NCBI GenBank assembly: GCA_000585075.1
Contig: JEMY01000029.1
Coordinates: forward strand, 2,616-66,615
Length of the DNA: 64,000 nt
Reading direction: 5' to 3'
Source of the DNA: Candidatus Accumulibacter regalis
GTDB taxonomy: Bacteria; Pseudomonadota; Gammaproteobacteria; Burkholderiales; Rhodocyclaceae
The notes below the pieces were generated by a model, which was given only the letters and a program-made list of their open reading frames with translations, was not told the DNA's origin and did no database searches. Shown here piece after piece: positions 1 to 11,882 of this stretch. Both the position numbers and the translations under genes were made by a program. The first letter of the stretch is position 1; every line of letters starts with the position of its first letter.

Positions 1-130
1 CAGCCGCGACCGACGCGTCGCCCCCGACTGAGCTGGACGGGCCCTTGTGGGCCCGGCTCCGTTGGGCAGCTTCTGCGCGCGCCACGCCACGGTAAGTTCC
101 GCTCCTCCACCTACTTTGAGAGTGATTACC

Positions 131-1966
131 ATGAACCAGACTGTTTCCATCAATGCCCCGGACTACGTCAAACATGAACGCCTGAAGAAATGGGTTGCCG
201 ATATCGCTGCCCTCACCGAACCCGCCAATGTGGTCTGGGCAGACGGATCTCAGGCCGAGTACGACCGTCTATGCGCCGAGTTGGTTGAAGCCGGCACCTT
301 CACCAAGCTAAAGAAGCGCAAGAACTCGTTCCTGGCCTTTTCCGATCCCTCCGACGTTGCCCGCGTCGAAGACCGCACCTACATCTGCTCGGAGAAAAAG
401 GAAGACGCCGGCCCGACCAATAACTGGGAAGACCCGGCCAAGATGCGTGAAACGCTGAAGGGCGTCTTCAAGGGCTGCATGAAGGGCCGCACGATGTACG
501 TGATCCCGTTCTCGATGGGTCCGGTTGGCTCGCCGATCGCCCAGATCGGCGTCGAGATCAGCGACAGCGCTTACGTCGTCGTCAACATGAAGATCATGAC
601 CCGCATGGGCAAGGCCGTATTCCCCGTCCTCGGCACCGACGGTACCTTCATTCCGTGTGTGCATTCGATCGGCGCACCCAAGGAACCTGGCCAGAAGGAT
701 CCGCGCTGGCCGTGCAACCCGACGACCAAGTACATCGTCCACTATCCCGAAACGCGCGAAATCTGGTCCTACGGTTCGGGCTACGGCGGCAACGCGCTGC
801 TCGGCAAGAAGTGCCTGGCCCTGCGCATTGCCTCGAACATGGCGCGTGATGACGGATGGATGGCCGAGCACATGCTGATCCTCGGCGTCCAATCGCCCGA
901 GGGGAAGAAGCATTACGTCGCTGCTGCCTTCCCATCGGCCTGCGGGAAGACCAACTTCGCCATGCTCGTCCCGCCGGCCACCCTGAGCGGCTGGAAAGTC
1001 ACCACCATCGGCGACGACATCGCCTGGATCAAGCCGCGCAAGGATGCCAACGGAGTCACCCGCCTCTACGCCATCAACCCGGAAGCGGGCTTCTTCGGCG
1101 TAGCCCCGGGCACCAACGACAAGACCAACTTTAACGCCATGGCCTCTCTGGCCGAGAACACCATCTTCACCAATGTCGCGCTGACCGACGATGGCGACGT
1201 GTGGTGGGAAGGCATGGGCCCGGCACCCGAGCACGCCATCGACTGGCAGGGTAACGACTGGACGCCAGCCATCGCCAAGGAGAAGGGCACCAAGGCCGCG
1301 CATCCAAACTCCCGCTTCACAGCTCCCGCCTCGCAGTGCCCGTGCATCGACGACCAGTGGGAGAGCACTGAAGGGGTCCCGATCTCGGCCTTCCTGTTCG
1401 GCGGCCGTCGCGCCTCGACCGTGCCGCTGGTCTGCGAGACCGTTGACTGGGATCACGGCGTCTATGCTGCCGCGACGCTGGGTTCGGAAACCACTGCCGC
1501 CGCCTTTGGCGCGCAGGGCGTCGTTCGCCGCGACCCGTTTGCCATGCTTCCGTTCTGTGGTTACAACATGGCCGACTATTACAGCCACTGGCTGAAGATG
1601 GGCAACGCCGCCGACACTCCGGTGCCGATCTTTATGGTCAACTGGTTCCGGATGAACGAAAAAGGCCAATTCGCGTGGCCCGGCTTTGGCGATAACGCGC
1701 GTGTCCTCAAGTGGATCATCGACCGCTGCGAAGGCAAGGTTTCAGCCCGCAAGACCACCCTCGGCTGGATGCCCAACTACGAGGACATCGACTGGTCCGG
1801 CAGCGACTTTTCCAAGGAGGAATTCGCCAACGTGACCAGCCTCGACAAGCAGGCCTGGAAGAGCGAGCTTGATGGCGTCAAGGAATGGTTCGGGAAGATG
1901 GGCGACAAGTTGCCGCCCAAGCTGGCGACCATCCGTGACGAACTCGAGAAGGGTTTCGCCGCCTGA
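131..1966 (+). CDS. pckG: Phosphoenolpyruvate carboxykinase (GTP)
   Basis: Motifs [26 protein letters not shown] (P-loop) and GDDIAW. ATG131 follows a GAGAG RBS-like sequence; the upstream 28 aa of the ORF are not needed. Confidence 0.96.
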   Translation: MNQTVSINAPDYVKHERLKKWVADIAALTEPANVVWADGSQAEYDRLCAELVEAGTFTKLKKRKNSFLAFSDPSDVARVEDRTYICSEKKEDAGPTNNWEDPAKMRETLKGVFKGCMKGRTMYVIPFSMGPVGSPIAQIGVEISDSAYVVVNMKIMTRMGKAVFPVLGTDGTFIPCVHSIGAPKEPGQKDPRWPCNPTTKYIVHYPETREIWSYGSGYGGNALLGKKCLALRIASNMARDDGWMAEHMLILGVQSPEGKKHYVAAAFPSACGKTNFAMLVPPATLSGWKVTTIGDDIAWIKPRKDANGVTRLYAINPEAGFFGVAPGTNDKTNFNAMASLAENTIFTNVALTDDGDVWWEGMGPAPEHAIDWQGNDWTPAIAKEKGTKAAHPNSRFTAPASQCPCIDDQWESTEGVPISAFLFGGRRASTVPLVCETVDWDHGVYAAATLGSETTAAAFGAQGVVRRDPFAMLPFCGYNMADYYSHWLKMGNAADTPVPIFMVNWFRMNEKGQFAWPGFGDNARVLKWIIDRCEGKVSARKTTLGWMPNYEDIDWSGSDFSKEEFANVTSLDKQAWKSELDGVKEWFGKMGDKLPPKLATIRDELEKGFAA

Positions 1967-1996
1967 CCCGTGTTCTCGACCCGATCCGGGTCCTGG

Positions 1997-2025
1997 AAAG
2001 GCCGCCTGCGGGCGGCCTTTTTTTT
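1997..2025 (+). terminator. Rho-independent terminator of pckG
   Basis: AAAGGCCGCC-TGCG-GGCGGCCTTT stem followed by a T-run (8 T in total), 30 nt after the stop. Confidence 0.92.
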
Positions 2026-2086
2026 GCCCTCGATCACCGCCAGTCGCTAGACTGTTTTCTTCGCCACCAACTGCTCCCGACGAATC

Positions 2087-3247
2087 ATGCCGATCTTTCC
2101 CGCCAGCCGCCTTGCGCACATTGCGCCCTTCCACGTCATGGAACTTCTGACCCGCGCCAAAGCACTCGAAGCGGCCGGGCGCGACATCGTTCATATGGAA
2201 ATCGGCGAACCCGATTTCCCGACGCCCGAGCCCATCGTCGCCGCCGCGCAAGCGCAGATTGCCAGCGGCCGCGTGTTCTACACGCCAGCCCTCGGACTTC
2301 CCGAATTGCGTGCGGCGATCGCCGGTTTCTATGCCACACGCTACGCCATCGACATCCCCGCATCACGCATCGTGGTCACTGCCGGAGCCTCCGGCGCCTT
2401 GCTGCTGACGATGGCCTGCCTCGCAGAAGCGGGCAGCGAATGGTTGCTCGCCGACCCGGGTTACCCGTGCAACCGCAACTTCGTGCGCAGCTTCGAAGGG
2501 CTACCGGTAAGCATCCCGGTGCGCGCCGAAAACAACTTCCAGCCAACGCTGGCCGAAGTGGAAGCGCATTGGACAGCACGTACGGCAGGTGCCTTGCTGG
2601 CCTCGCCGGCCAACCCCACCGGCACTCTGATCGATGACGCAACGCTGGCCGCCATCGCCAGCCTTGTCCGTCGGAAAGGCGGACAACTGGTCGTCGACGA
2701 GATCTACCACGGCCTGACCTACGAGCGTGCCGCGACGACGGCGTTGGCCTTCGGCGATGACATCTTTGTCGTGCAGAGCTTTTCCAAGTTCTTCAACATG
2801 ACTGGCTGGCGACTCGGCTGGCTGGTCGTGCCCGAGCGCTATACGCGCGAAATCGAGAAGCTGGCGCAAAATCTGTTCATCTCGCCATCGACGCCGGCCC
2901 AGCACGCGGCACTGGCCGCATTCTCGCCTGCCACCCTCGCCATCCTCGAAACGCGCCGTCAGGAGTTCAAGCGCCGCCGTGACTTCCTGGCGCCAGCGCT
3001 GGAAAACCTCGGTTTCCGCCAGGCGGCCAAGCCCGAAGGCGCCTTCTACGTCTACGCCAATTGCAGCAAACTGACCGACAACAGCGATCGCTTTGCGCGC
3101 GACTTGCTCGAGGCGGCCGGGGTGGCGGTCACCCCCGGCCTCGACTTCGGTCGCAACGACCCAGAAAAATACTTGCGCTTCGCCTACACGGCCAGCGTCG
3201 AGCGCCTGACCGAAGCGGTCGACAGGATTCGCCGCTTTCTCGGCTGA
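2087..3247 (+). CDS. Class I/II PLP-dependent aminotransferase (aspartate aminotransferase-like)
   Basis: HMEIGEPDF, SPANPTG, DEIY, and SFSKFFNMTGWRLG with the PLP lysine. Confidence 0.9.
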   Translation: MPIFPASRLAHIAPFHVMELLTRAKALEAAGRDIVHMEIGEPDFPTPEPIVAAAQAQIASGRVFYTPALGLPELRAAIAGFYATRYAIDIPASRIVVTAGASGALLLTMACLAEAGSEWLLADPGYPCNRNFVRSFEGLPVSIPVRAENNFQPTLAEVEAHWTARTAGALLASPANPTGTLIDDATLAAIASLVRRKGGQLVVDEIYHGLTYERAATTALAFGDDIFVVQSFSKFFNMTGWRLGWLVVPERYTREIEKLAQNLFISPSTPAQHAALAAFSPATLAILETRRQEFKRRRDFLAPALENLGFRQAAKPEGAFYVYANCSKLTDNSDRFARDLLEAAGVAVTPGLDFGRNDPEKYLRFAYTASVERLTEAVDRIRRFLG

Positions 3248-3286
3248 CCGATCGCGAAAACGGCCCTCACCTGCCGCGCTAGGCGG

Positions 3287-3868
3287 TCAGCGGCAAGCGC
3301 CCGGGAAGTCGCCGATTGACGCCAGGCGGCGCCAATCAAAGTGAGGACCCGGGTCTGTCTTTCGACCTGGCGCGATATCGCTGTGGCCAACGACGGCTTC
3401 GATCGGGTAGGCCGCGCACAAGGCCCTGATCAAGGCGCGAAGGCGACGGTACTGAACCGGCGCGAAGGGCAAGTCGTCGCAGCCCTCGAGTTCGATACCC
3501 AGAGAAAAGTCGTTGCACCGCTGACGCCCGTTCCAGCTCGACAGACCCGCGTGCCAGGCGCGTTGCGCGCAGGAAACAAACTGGATCAGCTCGCCGTCTC
3601 GACGGAGCAGGAAATGGGCCGAGACGCGCAGCGTGCTGATCTGCGCAAAATAGGGGTGAGCAAATGCGTCTAGGCAATTCCCGAACAGACGAATGATCCC
3701 GTCACCACCGAACTCTCCCGGCGGCAGGCTGATCGCATGGACGACGATCAGTGACACGGCCTCTCCTTCGGGACGCGCGTCCTGATTGGCCGATTCGCTT
3801 CGCCGCGCGCCTGGCAACCAGCCGTCAGCGCGCAGCTGGCGAGCGCTCGCGCAATGGCGCAAGCTCAT
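3287..3868 (-). CDS. ampD: 1,6-anhydro-N-acetylmuramyl-L-alanine amidase
   Basis: VVHAISLPPG, VSAHFL, RAWHAG, GHSDIAPGRKTDPG; ATGA overlap with the pilR stop. Confidence 0.95.
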   Translation of the reverse strand: MSLRHCASARQLRADGWLPGARRSESANQDARPEGEAVSLIVVHAISLPPGEFGGDGIIRLFGNCLDAFAHPYFAQISTLRVSAHFLLRRDGELIQFVSCAQRAWHAGLSSWNGRQRCNDFSLGIELEGCDDLPFAPVQYRRLRALIRALCAAYPIEAVVGHSDIAPGRKTDPGPHFDWRRLASIGDFPGACR

Positions 3869-5235
3869 TCCTCGATGCGTAGCCGCTCGATGCGATAGCG
3901 CAAGGAGCGGAAGCTCACACCAAGCAGCCTGGCCGCGGCGGTACGATTGAAAGCAGTCTTGCTCAAGGCCTCCAGAATCGCCTGCCTCTCGATGCGGTTG
4001 ATGTAGTCGTCGAGTGTTTCACCGTCCCGACCGAGGCTGCCACCGACCGCGGTGGCGGGCGCCAGTTGCAGGTCGTCAACGAGGACCGCATTGCCGGAGC
4101 ACAAGGCAGTGGCGCGTTCGAGAATATTTTCAAGTTCGCGGACATTGCCGGGAAAACTGTAATTCTCCAACGCACGCAAGGCTTGCGGCTCCAGACGCGG
4201 CACTTGCCCGTCGCAGATGCGCGCCAGCAAGGCCGCCACCAGCGGCGCCACATCTTCGTGACGTTCGCGCAGCGGCGGCATACGCAGTTCGATGACGTTC
4301 AGGCGGTAGTAGAGGTCCTGGCGAAAGAGCCCCTCATCAACGCAGATCTTCAGGATCTGGTGGGTCGCCGATATGATGCGCACGTCGACCAACTCCTCGA
4401 CGGCACTACCCACCTTGCGGACTTTCTTCTCCTGTACCGCGCGCAGCAGCTTTACCTGCATCGCCAAGGGCAAATCAGCAACCTCGTCGAGAAAGAGCGT
4501 CCCCCCTTTCGCCGCCTGAAAAAAACCTTCACGGTCGCTATCGGCGCCGGTAAACGCCCCCTTGCGATAGCCGAAGAACTCGCTCTCCATCAAGTTCTCG
4601 GGAATCGCGCCACAATTCACGGGAACGAAGGGCGCCGCATGCCGTGAACTCTGGTCGTGGATCAGGCGCGCAGCGAGTTCCTTTCCGGTTCCTGACTCGC
4701 CCGAGATATAGACCGGCGCCTGACTTCGTGCCAGCTTTTCGATCATCTGGCGAACCTGCTCGATGGCCCCCGACGCACCGATCAGCTGGCCGGTGGCGGC
4801 GACCAAACGCCCGTCATCCAAAACGCCGTCCCGCCGTGGCAAACTGAGCGCCGACTTGATCAGGCTGCGCAGCTGGTCCAGGGCGACCGGCTTGGCCAGA
4901 TAATCAAAGGCACCCGCCTTCAGTGCAGCGACGGCGTTCTGGGCGCTGCCGAAAGCCGTGATCACCGCCACCGGCGTCTCGCCGTAATCCTCACCGATCA
5001 GCTTGACGATCTCCAGCCCGTCACCGTCGGGCAATCGCATGTCGGTAATGCACAACTGATAGGACTGCCGTTGGAGAAACCCCCGTGCCTCGGCGATACT
5101 TGCCGCACAGTCGGCGGACAAACCCATACGCGCCACCGTCAGGTCGAGAAGTTCACGAATGTCTGCCTCGTCATCGACCACCAGCACTCTCGCCAACTCG
5201 CCGCGCGGGCGACGCTCCGTCTTGGCTATTGACAC
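3865..5235 (-). CDS. pilR: Sigma54-dependent response regulator PilR
   Basis: REC domain, AAA+ domain (GESGTGKE, GAFTGA, DLYYRLNV) and Fis HTH; directly downstream of pilS; GTG start. Confidence 0.88.
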   Translation of the reverse strand: MSIAKTERRPRGELARVLVVDDEADIRELLDLTVARMGLSADCAASIAEARGFLQRQSYQLCITDMRLPDGDGLEIVKLIGEDYGETPVAVITAFGSAQNAVAALKAGAFDYLAKPVALDQLRSLIKSALSLPRRDGVLDDGRLVAATGQLIGASGAIEQVRQMIEKLARSQAPVYISGESGTGKELAARLIHDQSSRHAAPFVPVNCGAIPENLMESEFFGYRKGAFTGADSDREGFFQAAKGGTLFLDEVADLPLAMQVKLLRAVQEKKVRKVGSAVEELVDVRIISATHQILKICVDEGLFRQDLYYRLNVIELRMPPLRERHEDVAPLVAALLARICDGQVPRLEPQALRALENYSFPGNVRELENILERATALCSGNAVLVDDLQLAPATAVGGSLGRDGETLDDYINRIERQAILEALSKTAFNRTAAARLLGVSFRSLRYRIERLRIEE

Positions 5236-6815
5236 CCTGTAGCCCTCCCCGACATACGAAAATCGGCACCCGGCCCGGCGCCATGAAGTTCGAGCAGCGC
5301 TCCGTTCGCCTCACATAATTCGCGTGCGATATAGAGACCCAGACCGGTACCGCGGTGATGCGTGGTGAAGAAGGGCTCGAAAATGTGTTCGCGCTGCTCG
5401 GCGGCAACCCCTTCGCCGTCGTCAATGACATGCAATTCGACCTGCGTGTCGGCCTTGCCATCGCACGCGACGACACAGACGCTGCCGGCAATGCGCTGCG
5501 AATGACGCAGCGCATTGCCGAGAAGATTTCCCAACACCTGATGAAAGTGTGAGCGATCGAAACAAAGAGCGGCCACGCCCGACAACTCGAGGTGCACGAC
5601 ATCGGCCGGCAACTTCTCCTTGACCAGATACTCCTCGATCAGCAACGGCAAAGTCTCGCGCAAGTTGATCACTTCCCGATAGGTGCGATCGCGGCGTCCG
5701 AGTTCGAGCACATCGCTGACGATACGCTCAAGTCTCTTGGTATTATCCAGCATGATGCGCAGCAAGCGTTCGTACATCTCGCCACGGCGTTCTTCACGCA
5801 GCAGTTCGCCGGCATGACTGATCGCCGACAGCGGGTTGCGGATTTCGTGCGCGATATTGGCCGTCAGGCGGCCGAGCGCGGCCAGCTTCAGTTGCTGAGC
5901 CTGTTCCTGCAAGCGACCGAGATCTTCAAGAAACACCAGGACATCGCTTTCCGAACTCGCGGTCGGCGCAAACCTTGCTCGCAACTGCATGCCGCTCCCC
6001 GGAATGCGCACCAGCACCACCTCTTCGCCGCCGCTCCGACACCACTCGACGAAACCAAGCGCCAGTTCGGGCGAGTACTCGGCCAATAGATCTTCGCGAC
6101 TGCTGTCGAGGGCCAGCAATTGCCTGGCGCGCGGGTTGCTCTGCCTGACCCGGCCATCACGGCGAAGGACCACCACACCATCCTGCATCTCCTCGATGAC
6201 CCGCTGACTGATCACCGTCTGGTTCTTCAGGTCGACGCCACGCTGCAGCGCCAAGGCCTCATTGGCGATCACCCGGCGAGCCAGCAAGCGCGCCGATACC
6301 GCGACCGCGAAGAAGCCGGCACTGAACAGGCCGGCGTGAAAGAAGCCGGCCACGTCGACAGCGTCCTGCAAGGCGCGGTAGGAGTGCTCGAACAAGACCG
6401 CCAAGGTCGCCATCGCCGCGTAGAACAAGACCAGGCGCCCCTGCCCGACGAGACCGGCACCGGCCAGGGTCACCAGCAGCATCGAACCAAGACCGCTGCC
6501 CAGGCCGCCGCCAACATGGATCAACAGCGTCATGACCAGGACGTCGACCAGCACGCTGGCCGTCAACTGCATGGTGGCGTGCTGCCGATGACGATACGCC
6601 AAGATCACCGCCAGCGCCGTGCTCAACAGGTACGCGCTGGCCAGGCCCAGGTGCTGCAGACTCTGGTTCGGGCTGAGGAAGGGAAAAGCGGAGGGGTACA
6701 ACAGCGCCGACGTGAAGAGCAGCGAGGCGACGACGAAGCGGTAGAGGTTGAAGTAGCGTAGTGACTTCCAGTGCGTCTCGGAGAAATGTTCAACGCCGAG
6801 GGTGGCGGTGGTCAA
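5226..6815 (-). CDS. pilS: Membrane sensor histidine kinase PilS
   Basis: N-terminal TM helices (LRYFNLYR), PAS-like region, AHEIRNPL H-box, GTGLGL G-box; TTG start with GAGG RBS. Confidence 0.88.
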   Translation of the reverse strand: MTTATLGVEHFSETHWKSLRYFNLYRFVVASLLFTSALLYPSAFPFLSPNQSLQHLGLASAYLLSTALAVILAYRHRQHATMQLTASVLVDVLVMTLLIHVGGGLGSGLGSMLLVTLAGAGLVGQGRLVLFYAAMATLAVLFEHSYRALQDAVDVAGFFHAGLFSAGFFAVAVSARLLARRVIANEALALQRGVDLKNQTVISQRVIEEMQDGVVVLRRDGRVRQSNPRARQLLALDSSREDLLAEYSPELALGFVEWCRSGGEEVVLVRIPGSGMQLRARFAPTASSESDVLVFLEDLGRLQEQAQQLKLAALGRLTANIAHEIRNPLSAISHAGELLREERRGEMYERLLRIMLDNTKRLERIVSDVLELGRRDRTYREVINLRETLPLLIEEYLVKEKLPADVVHLELSGVAALCFDRSHFHQVLGNLLGNALRHSQRIAGSVCVVACDGKADTQVELHVIDDGEGVAAEQREHIFEPFFTTHHRGTGLGLYIARELCEANGALLELHGAGPGADFRMSGRATGCQ

Positions 6816-6824
6816 GATGGCACC

Positions 6825-7067
6825 TCAGGAATCGTCAGACGCACCAGCGTCGCGATGGGCAGCGCAGCAGTAGTAGCGGCCGTCGGCCAGAACACTCTCG
6901 CTCACTGGCTGATTAACCCCGCAACGCGTGCACTGCACCATGCGTTCGGCTTCGCGCTGGACAGTGGTGTGGTGGTTGGCAGCGCTGCCGCGTGACGACG
7001 TCCGCGACTTGCGCCAGAACCACCAGAGCACCCAAACCAGCCCGATTAGCAGTAGATATTTCGTCAT
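6825..7067 (-). CDS. PP0621-family small membrane protein with Cys/His motif
   Basis: N-terminal TM segment (MTKYLLLIGLVWVLWWFW) and MVQCTRCGVNQP...YYCCAAH; usual neighbour of pilS. Confidence 0.8.
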   Translation of the reverse strand: MTKYLLLIGLVWVLWWFWRKSRTSSRGSAANHHTTVQREAERMVQCTRCGVNQPVSESVLADGRYYCCAAHRDAGASDDS

Positions 7068-7313
7068 CGAAAGAAAAACCCAGCACAGCGCGCAAGAATA
7101 GCAGAGGCGCTCGCAGACGGGGAACGACAAGCGACAAGACGCCAGGAAAAAGCCTCACCAGCAACGAGACCGGCAGGGGCGAAGCATTGCCACCAACCAT
7201 GGCGCACGGAACGGACCTGGCAGTCACCGCGAAGATGGCTGCGACTGGTCACGAAGAGGATCCGAAGTTGATCAAACGATGCCGCGAAGGCCAGAAAGGC
7301 CGCGGTGAAACGG

Positions 7314-7391
<78 letters not shown>

Positions 7392-7409
7392 ACCGAGGCG
7401 ACAACTGCG

Positions 7410-8372
7410 CTAATAATTTCTAGCGACAGCGAAGAGGCATAATTCTAGCAAGGAATCCTTGTATTGAGAAGCAGGCACAACGTCTAAAGCTGCTGCTGCA
7501 AGTTCAGCCTCGACCTTGGCTTTCTGTCTCGCGTAGTCGAGTGCACCGGTGGTACGAATGGCCGCCAGAACCTGCGGGAAATCGTCCCGGCCACCGTTCT
7601 CGATGGCCCGGCGTACGCAAGCCGCCTGTTCCAGATTGCCATTGCGCAGGACGAAAATCAGCGGTAGCGTCGGCTTGCCTTCAGCCAGATCATCGCCCAG
7701 ATGTTTGCCGGTCTCGACTTCGGCGCCCGAGTAGTCGAGAACGTCGTCAATCAGCTGAAACGCCGTGCCCAGGTGGATGCCGTAAACGGCCATGGCCTTT
7801 TCGACCGCTGCGTCACCGCCACCGATGATCGCGCCCAGCTGCGCCGCCGCCTCGAACAACTTGGCAGTCTTGTAGCGGATGACCTGCAGGTAGCCCTGCT
7901 CATCGATGCTTGCGTCATGGCAGTTCATCAGCTGCAGCACTTCGCCCTCGGCGATGACGTTCGTCGCATCCGACAACACCCGCATGATGCGCATGTCGTC
8001 GACCACCACCATCATCTGGAAAGCTCGCGAGTACAGGAAATCGCCTACCAGCACACTGGCCGAATTGCCGAACATGGCATTGGCCGTCTCACGGCCGCGC
8101 CGCAAGTCCGAGCCATCGACGACATCATCATGAAGCAAGGTGGCCGTGTGGATGAATTCGATCACCGCCGCCAACTCGTGATGATGGGTGCCGCGGTAGC
8201 CCAAGGCCCCAGCCGACAGCAGTACCAGCGCCGGACGCAGCCGCTTGCCGCCGCTCTGCACGATGTACTCGGCAACTTGACGGACCAAAGCCACTTCGGA
8301 ATGGAGGCGCTGGCGGATCACCGCGTCAACGGCCCTCATGTCCGCCCCGATCAGGCTGTACAACTGCTCCAT
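7410..8372 (-). CDS. ispB: Octaprenyl-diphosphate synthase
   Basis: GGKRLRP, two DDxxD motifs (LLHDDVVD, QLIDDVLD) and GKPTLP; divergent from rplU. Confidence 0.93.
   Translation of the reverse strand: MEQLYSLIGADMRAVDAVIRQRLHSEVALVRQVAEYIVQSGGKRLRPALVLLSAGALGYRGTHHHELAAVIEFIHTATLLHDDVVDGSDLRRGRETANAMFGNSASVLVGDFLYSRAFQMMVVVDDMRIMRVLSDATNVIAEGEVLQLMNCHDASIDEQGYLQVIRYKTAKLFEAAAQLGAIIGGGDAAVEKAMAVYGIHLGTAFQLIDDVLDYSGAEVETGKHLGDDLAEGKPTLPLIFVLRNGNLEQAACVRRAIENGGRDDFPQVLAAIRTTGALDYARQKAKVEAELAAAALDVVPASQYKDSLLELCLFAVARNY
7442..7470 (-). promoter_or_regulatory. Putative sigma70 promoter for tRNA-Pro inside the ispB 3' end
   Basis: Minus strand TTCTCA-17 nt-TAGAAT, about 50 nt upstream of the tRNA 5' end. 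Confidence 0.5.
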
Positions 8373-8408
8373 TCTCACGAGAAGGCACCTTGGCACAAAA
8401 ACCTCGGA

Positions 8409-8437
8409 ATCTTAGGCGCCGGCCCGCCTTGCGTCAA
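8409..8437 (-). promoter_or_regulatory. Sigma70 promoter of ispB
   Basis: Minus strand TTGACG-17 nt-TAAGAT. Confidence 0.7.
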
Positions 8438-8468
8438 GCGAGCGATGGCCCAAGTGATCGCAAACTCT

Positions 8469-8496
8469 TTGACGGAGCAGGAAGATTACGTATAAT
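8469..8496 (+). promoter_or_regulatory. Sigma70 promoter of rplU-rpmA
   Basis: TTGACG-16 nt-TATAAT, near consensus. Confidence 0.8.
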
Positions 8497-8540
8497 GCGC
8501 GGTTCTTCATCTCACTTTGTTCAGTTCCTTGGAGTCCAAC

Positions 8541-8876
8541 ATGTACGCGGTCATAAAAACCGGTGGCAAGCAGTATCGCGTTGTCAACGGCGAAAAATTG
8601 AAAATAGAACAGATACCGGCAGACGTTGGCGCAGAAATCACCTTCGACCAGGTGCTCATGGTTGGCGAAGGCGAAACGGTGGCCATTGGCACACCGTTCA
8701 TCGCCAGCGCCTCGGTCAAGGTCACTGTGCTTTCGCAAGGTCGTCACGACAAGATCCGGATCTTCAAGTTTCGTCGGCGCAAGCATTCGCAGAAGCATCA
8801 GGGGCATCGCCAGAATTACACCGAAATCCGGGTTGACGCGATTGCCAATGGCGCGGCGCTCGACCCTTCAGCCTGA
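8541..8876 (+). CDS. rplU: 50S ribosomal protein L21
   Basis: [14 protein letters not shown]...[10 protein letters not shown]; GGAG RBS. Confidence 0.97.
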   Translation: MYAVIKTGGKQYRVVNGEKLKIEQIPADVGAEITFDQVLMVGEGETVAIGTPFIASASVKVTVLSQGRHDKIRIFKFRRRKHSQKHQGHRQNYTEIRVDAIANGAALDPSA

Positions 8877-8895
8877 TTTGAGAGGAGTCTGACTC

Positions 8896-9159
8896 ATGGC
8901 ACACAAGAAAGCTGGCGGCAGCGTACGCAACGGCCGCGATTCCGAAGCAAAACGGCTGGGCGTCAAGCGCTACGGCGGTCAATTGGTCCGCGCCGGCAAC
9001 ATCATCGTCCGCCAGCGTGGCACGGCCTTTCACCCTGGCGAGAACATGGGCCTGGGCAAGGATCACACGCTCTTTGCGCTGGTCGACGGCCACGTCCAGT
9101 TTGCCATCAAAGGCGCCCAGCGCCGGCGCACAGTAAGCATCGTTCCAACTGCCGACTGA
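8896..9159 (+). CDS. rpmA: 50S ribosomal protein L27
   Basis: [24 protein letters not shown]. Confidence 0.98.
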   Translation: MAHKKAGGSVRNGRDSEAKRLGVKRYGGQLVRAGNIIVRQRGTAFHPGENMGLGKDHTLFALVDGHVQFAIKGAQRRRTVSIVPTAD

Positions 9160-9204
9160 ACCACCGGTACGCTGGCTTGCGCAAGCAGCCAGCCCGGCGG
9201 TACC

Positions 9205-10383
<1,179 letters not shown>

Positions 10384-10385
10384 AG

Positions 10386-11504
10386 ATGGCCAGCAGCCGC
10401 ATCGCCAACGCCCGCAGACTGGTCATCAAGGCCGGATCGGCGCTGATCACCAACAACGGCGAAGGCCTGGACCTTGGCGCCATCGACGAATGGGCGAGAC
10501 AGATCGCCGAGTTGCGCCAGGCGGGCAAGCAGGTCATTCTCGTCTCCTCCGGTGCGATCGCCTGTGGCATGCAGCGTCTTGGCTGGCGCAAGCGCCCACA
10601 TGCCGTGCACGAACTGCAGGCAGCGGCAGCCGTCGGCCAGATGGGATTGGCACAGGTCTACGAGCGAGCCTTTGCCAGGTACTCCTTGCACACGGCGCAG
10701 GTCCTGCTGACCCACGACGACCTCGCCGATCGCAAGCGCTACCTCAATGCGCGCTCGACCCTGAACACGCTGCTCCGCTTCGGCGTCGTGCCGATCGTCA
10801 ACGAAAACGATACCGTGGTTACCGACGAGATCAAGTTTGGCGACAATGACACGCTTGGGGCACTGGTGGCGAACCTCGTCGAAGCCGACTGCCTGATCAT
10901 TCTCACCGATCAGCAGGGCCTGTTCACCGCCGACCCGCGAAAGGATCGGGCAGCCAGCCTGATCAGTGAAGCACGTGCCGGGATCGCCGCTCTGGAGACC
11001 ATGGCTGGGGGCGCGGGCACGCAGTTCGGCACCGGCGGCATGCTGACCAAGGTCATCGCCGCCAAGCGTGCCGCGCGCAGCGGCGCGCATACCGTCATCG
11101 CCAGTGGTCGCGAACACGACGTCATTCTGCGTCTGGCGCGCGGTGAGTCGCTGGGTACGCTGCTGGTGGCCGAAACGCAGCCGATCACGGCACGCAAGCA
11201 ATGGCTCGCCGACCACCTGCAACTCAACGGCAAACTCGTTCTCGACAACGGCGCGATCAATGCCCTGCGCGAAGGGAAAAGCCTCCTGTCCATCGGTGTC
11301 GCCGCCGTGCGCGGTGAGTTCGAGCGCGGCGCAGCCGTCGCCTGCGTTTCGAATGAAGGCCGCGAGATCGCGCGCGGCCTGATCAACTACGGCAGCAGCG
11401 ACGCGCGACGAATTGCGCGCCGCGCCAGCCAGGACATCGAAAGCATCCTCGGCTACGTCGAGGAGCCCGAGATCATCCACCGCGACAACCTCGTTCTCAG
11501 CTAG
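10386..11504 (+). CDS. proB: Glutamate 5-kinase
   Basis: [33 protein letters not shown] and a C-terminal PUA domain. Confidence 0.96.
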   Translation: MASSRIANARRLVIKAGSALITNNGEGLDLGAIDEWARQIAELRQAGKQVILVSSGAIACGMQRLGWRKRPHAVHELQAAAAVGQMGLAQVYERAFARYSLHTAQVLLTHDDLADRKRYLNARSTLNTLLRFGVVPIVNENDTVVTDEIKFGDNDTLGALVANLVEADCLIILTDQQGLFTADPRKDRAASLISEARAGIAALETMAGGAGTQFGTGGMLTKVIAAKRAARSGAHTVIASGREHDVILRLARGESLGTLLVAETQPITARKQWLADHLQLNGKLVLDNGAINALREGKSLLSIGVAAVRGEFERGAAVACVSNEGREIARGLINYGSSDARRIARRASQDIESILGYVEEPEIIHRDNLVLS

Positions 11505-11673
11505 CACGGCCCGGCCGCCAGCGGCCCTCATATGGAGGCATTGCTGCACGCTGTGCAACACACCATCGGCACCCAGCGCAGCGCCAGCCCGGGCTTGGCC
11601 GTGAGGGCGCTGTGCTATGCTTGAGCCCTCCCGAGTGCCGCTCCGGCCCGGGCCTCCGACTCAGAGCAGACCT

Positions 11674-11849
11674 ATGCGCGCCAAGCAAGAACGGCCCCTC
11701 CAGCCATGCGTTTCGGATAACTCGGCGGACGTTCGTTCGCGACGGCACCCCCACGTTCGCCATCGCAAGTGGTTCTCCGACCGCCTAGCGACTTCGGGTT
11801 GCGCCTGTTCGTCTGGCCCCCCTACGTTCTGCGCAAGAAAGCCGCCCGA
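11674..11849 (+). pseudogene. Possible internally deleted remnant of a class I SAM methyltransferase gene
   Basis: Head MRAKQERPLQPCVSDN...RHRKWFSDRL is joined out of frame to tail DF-x6-W-x2-YVLRKKAA. The resemblance is recalled from the methyltransferase that precedes inaA-like kinases and was not searched. Confidence 0.4.
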
Positions 11850-11882
11850 ACCCGCGAAGTCCAGACGAGCTGGAACTGCGCG

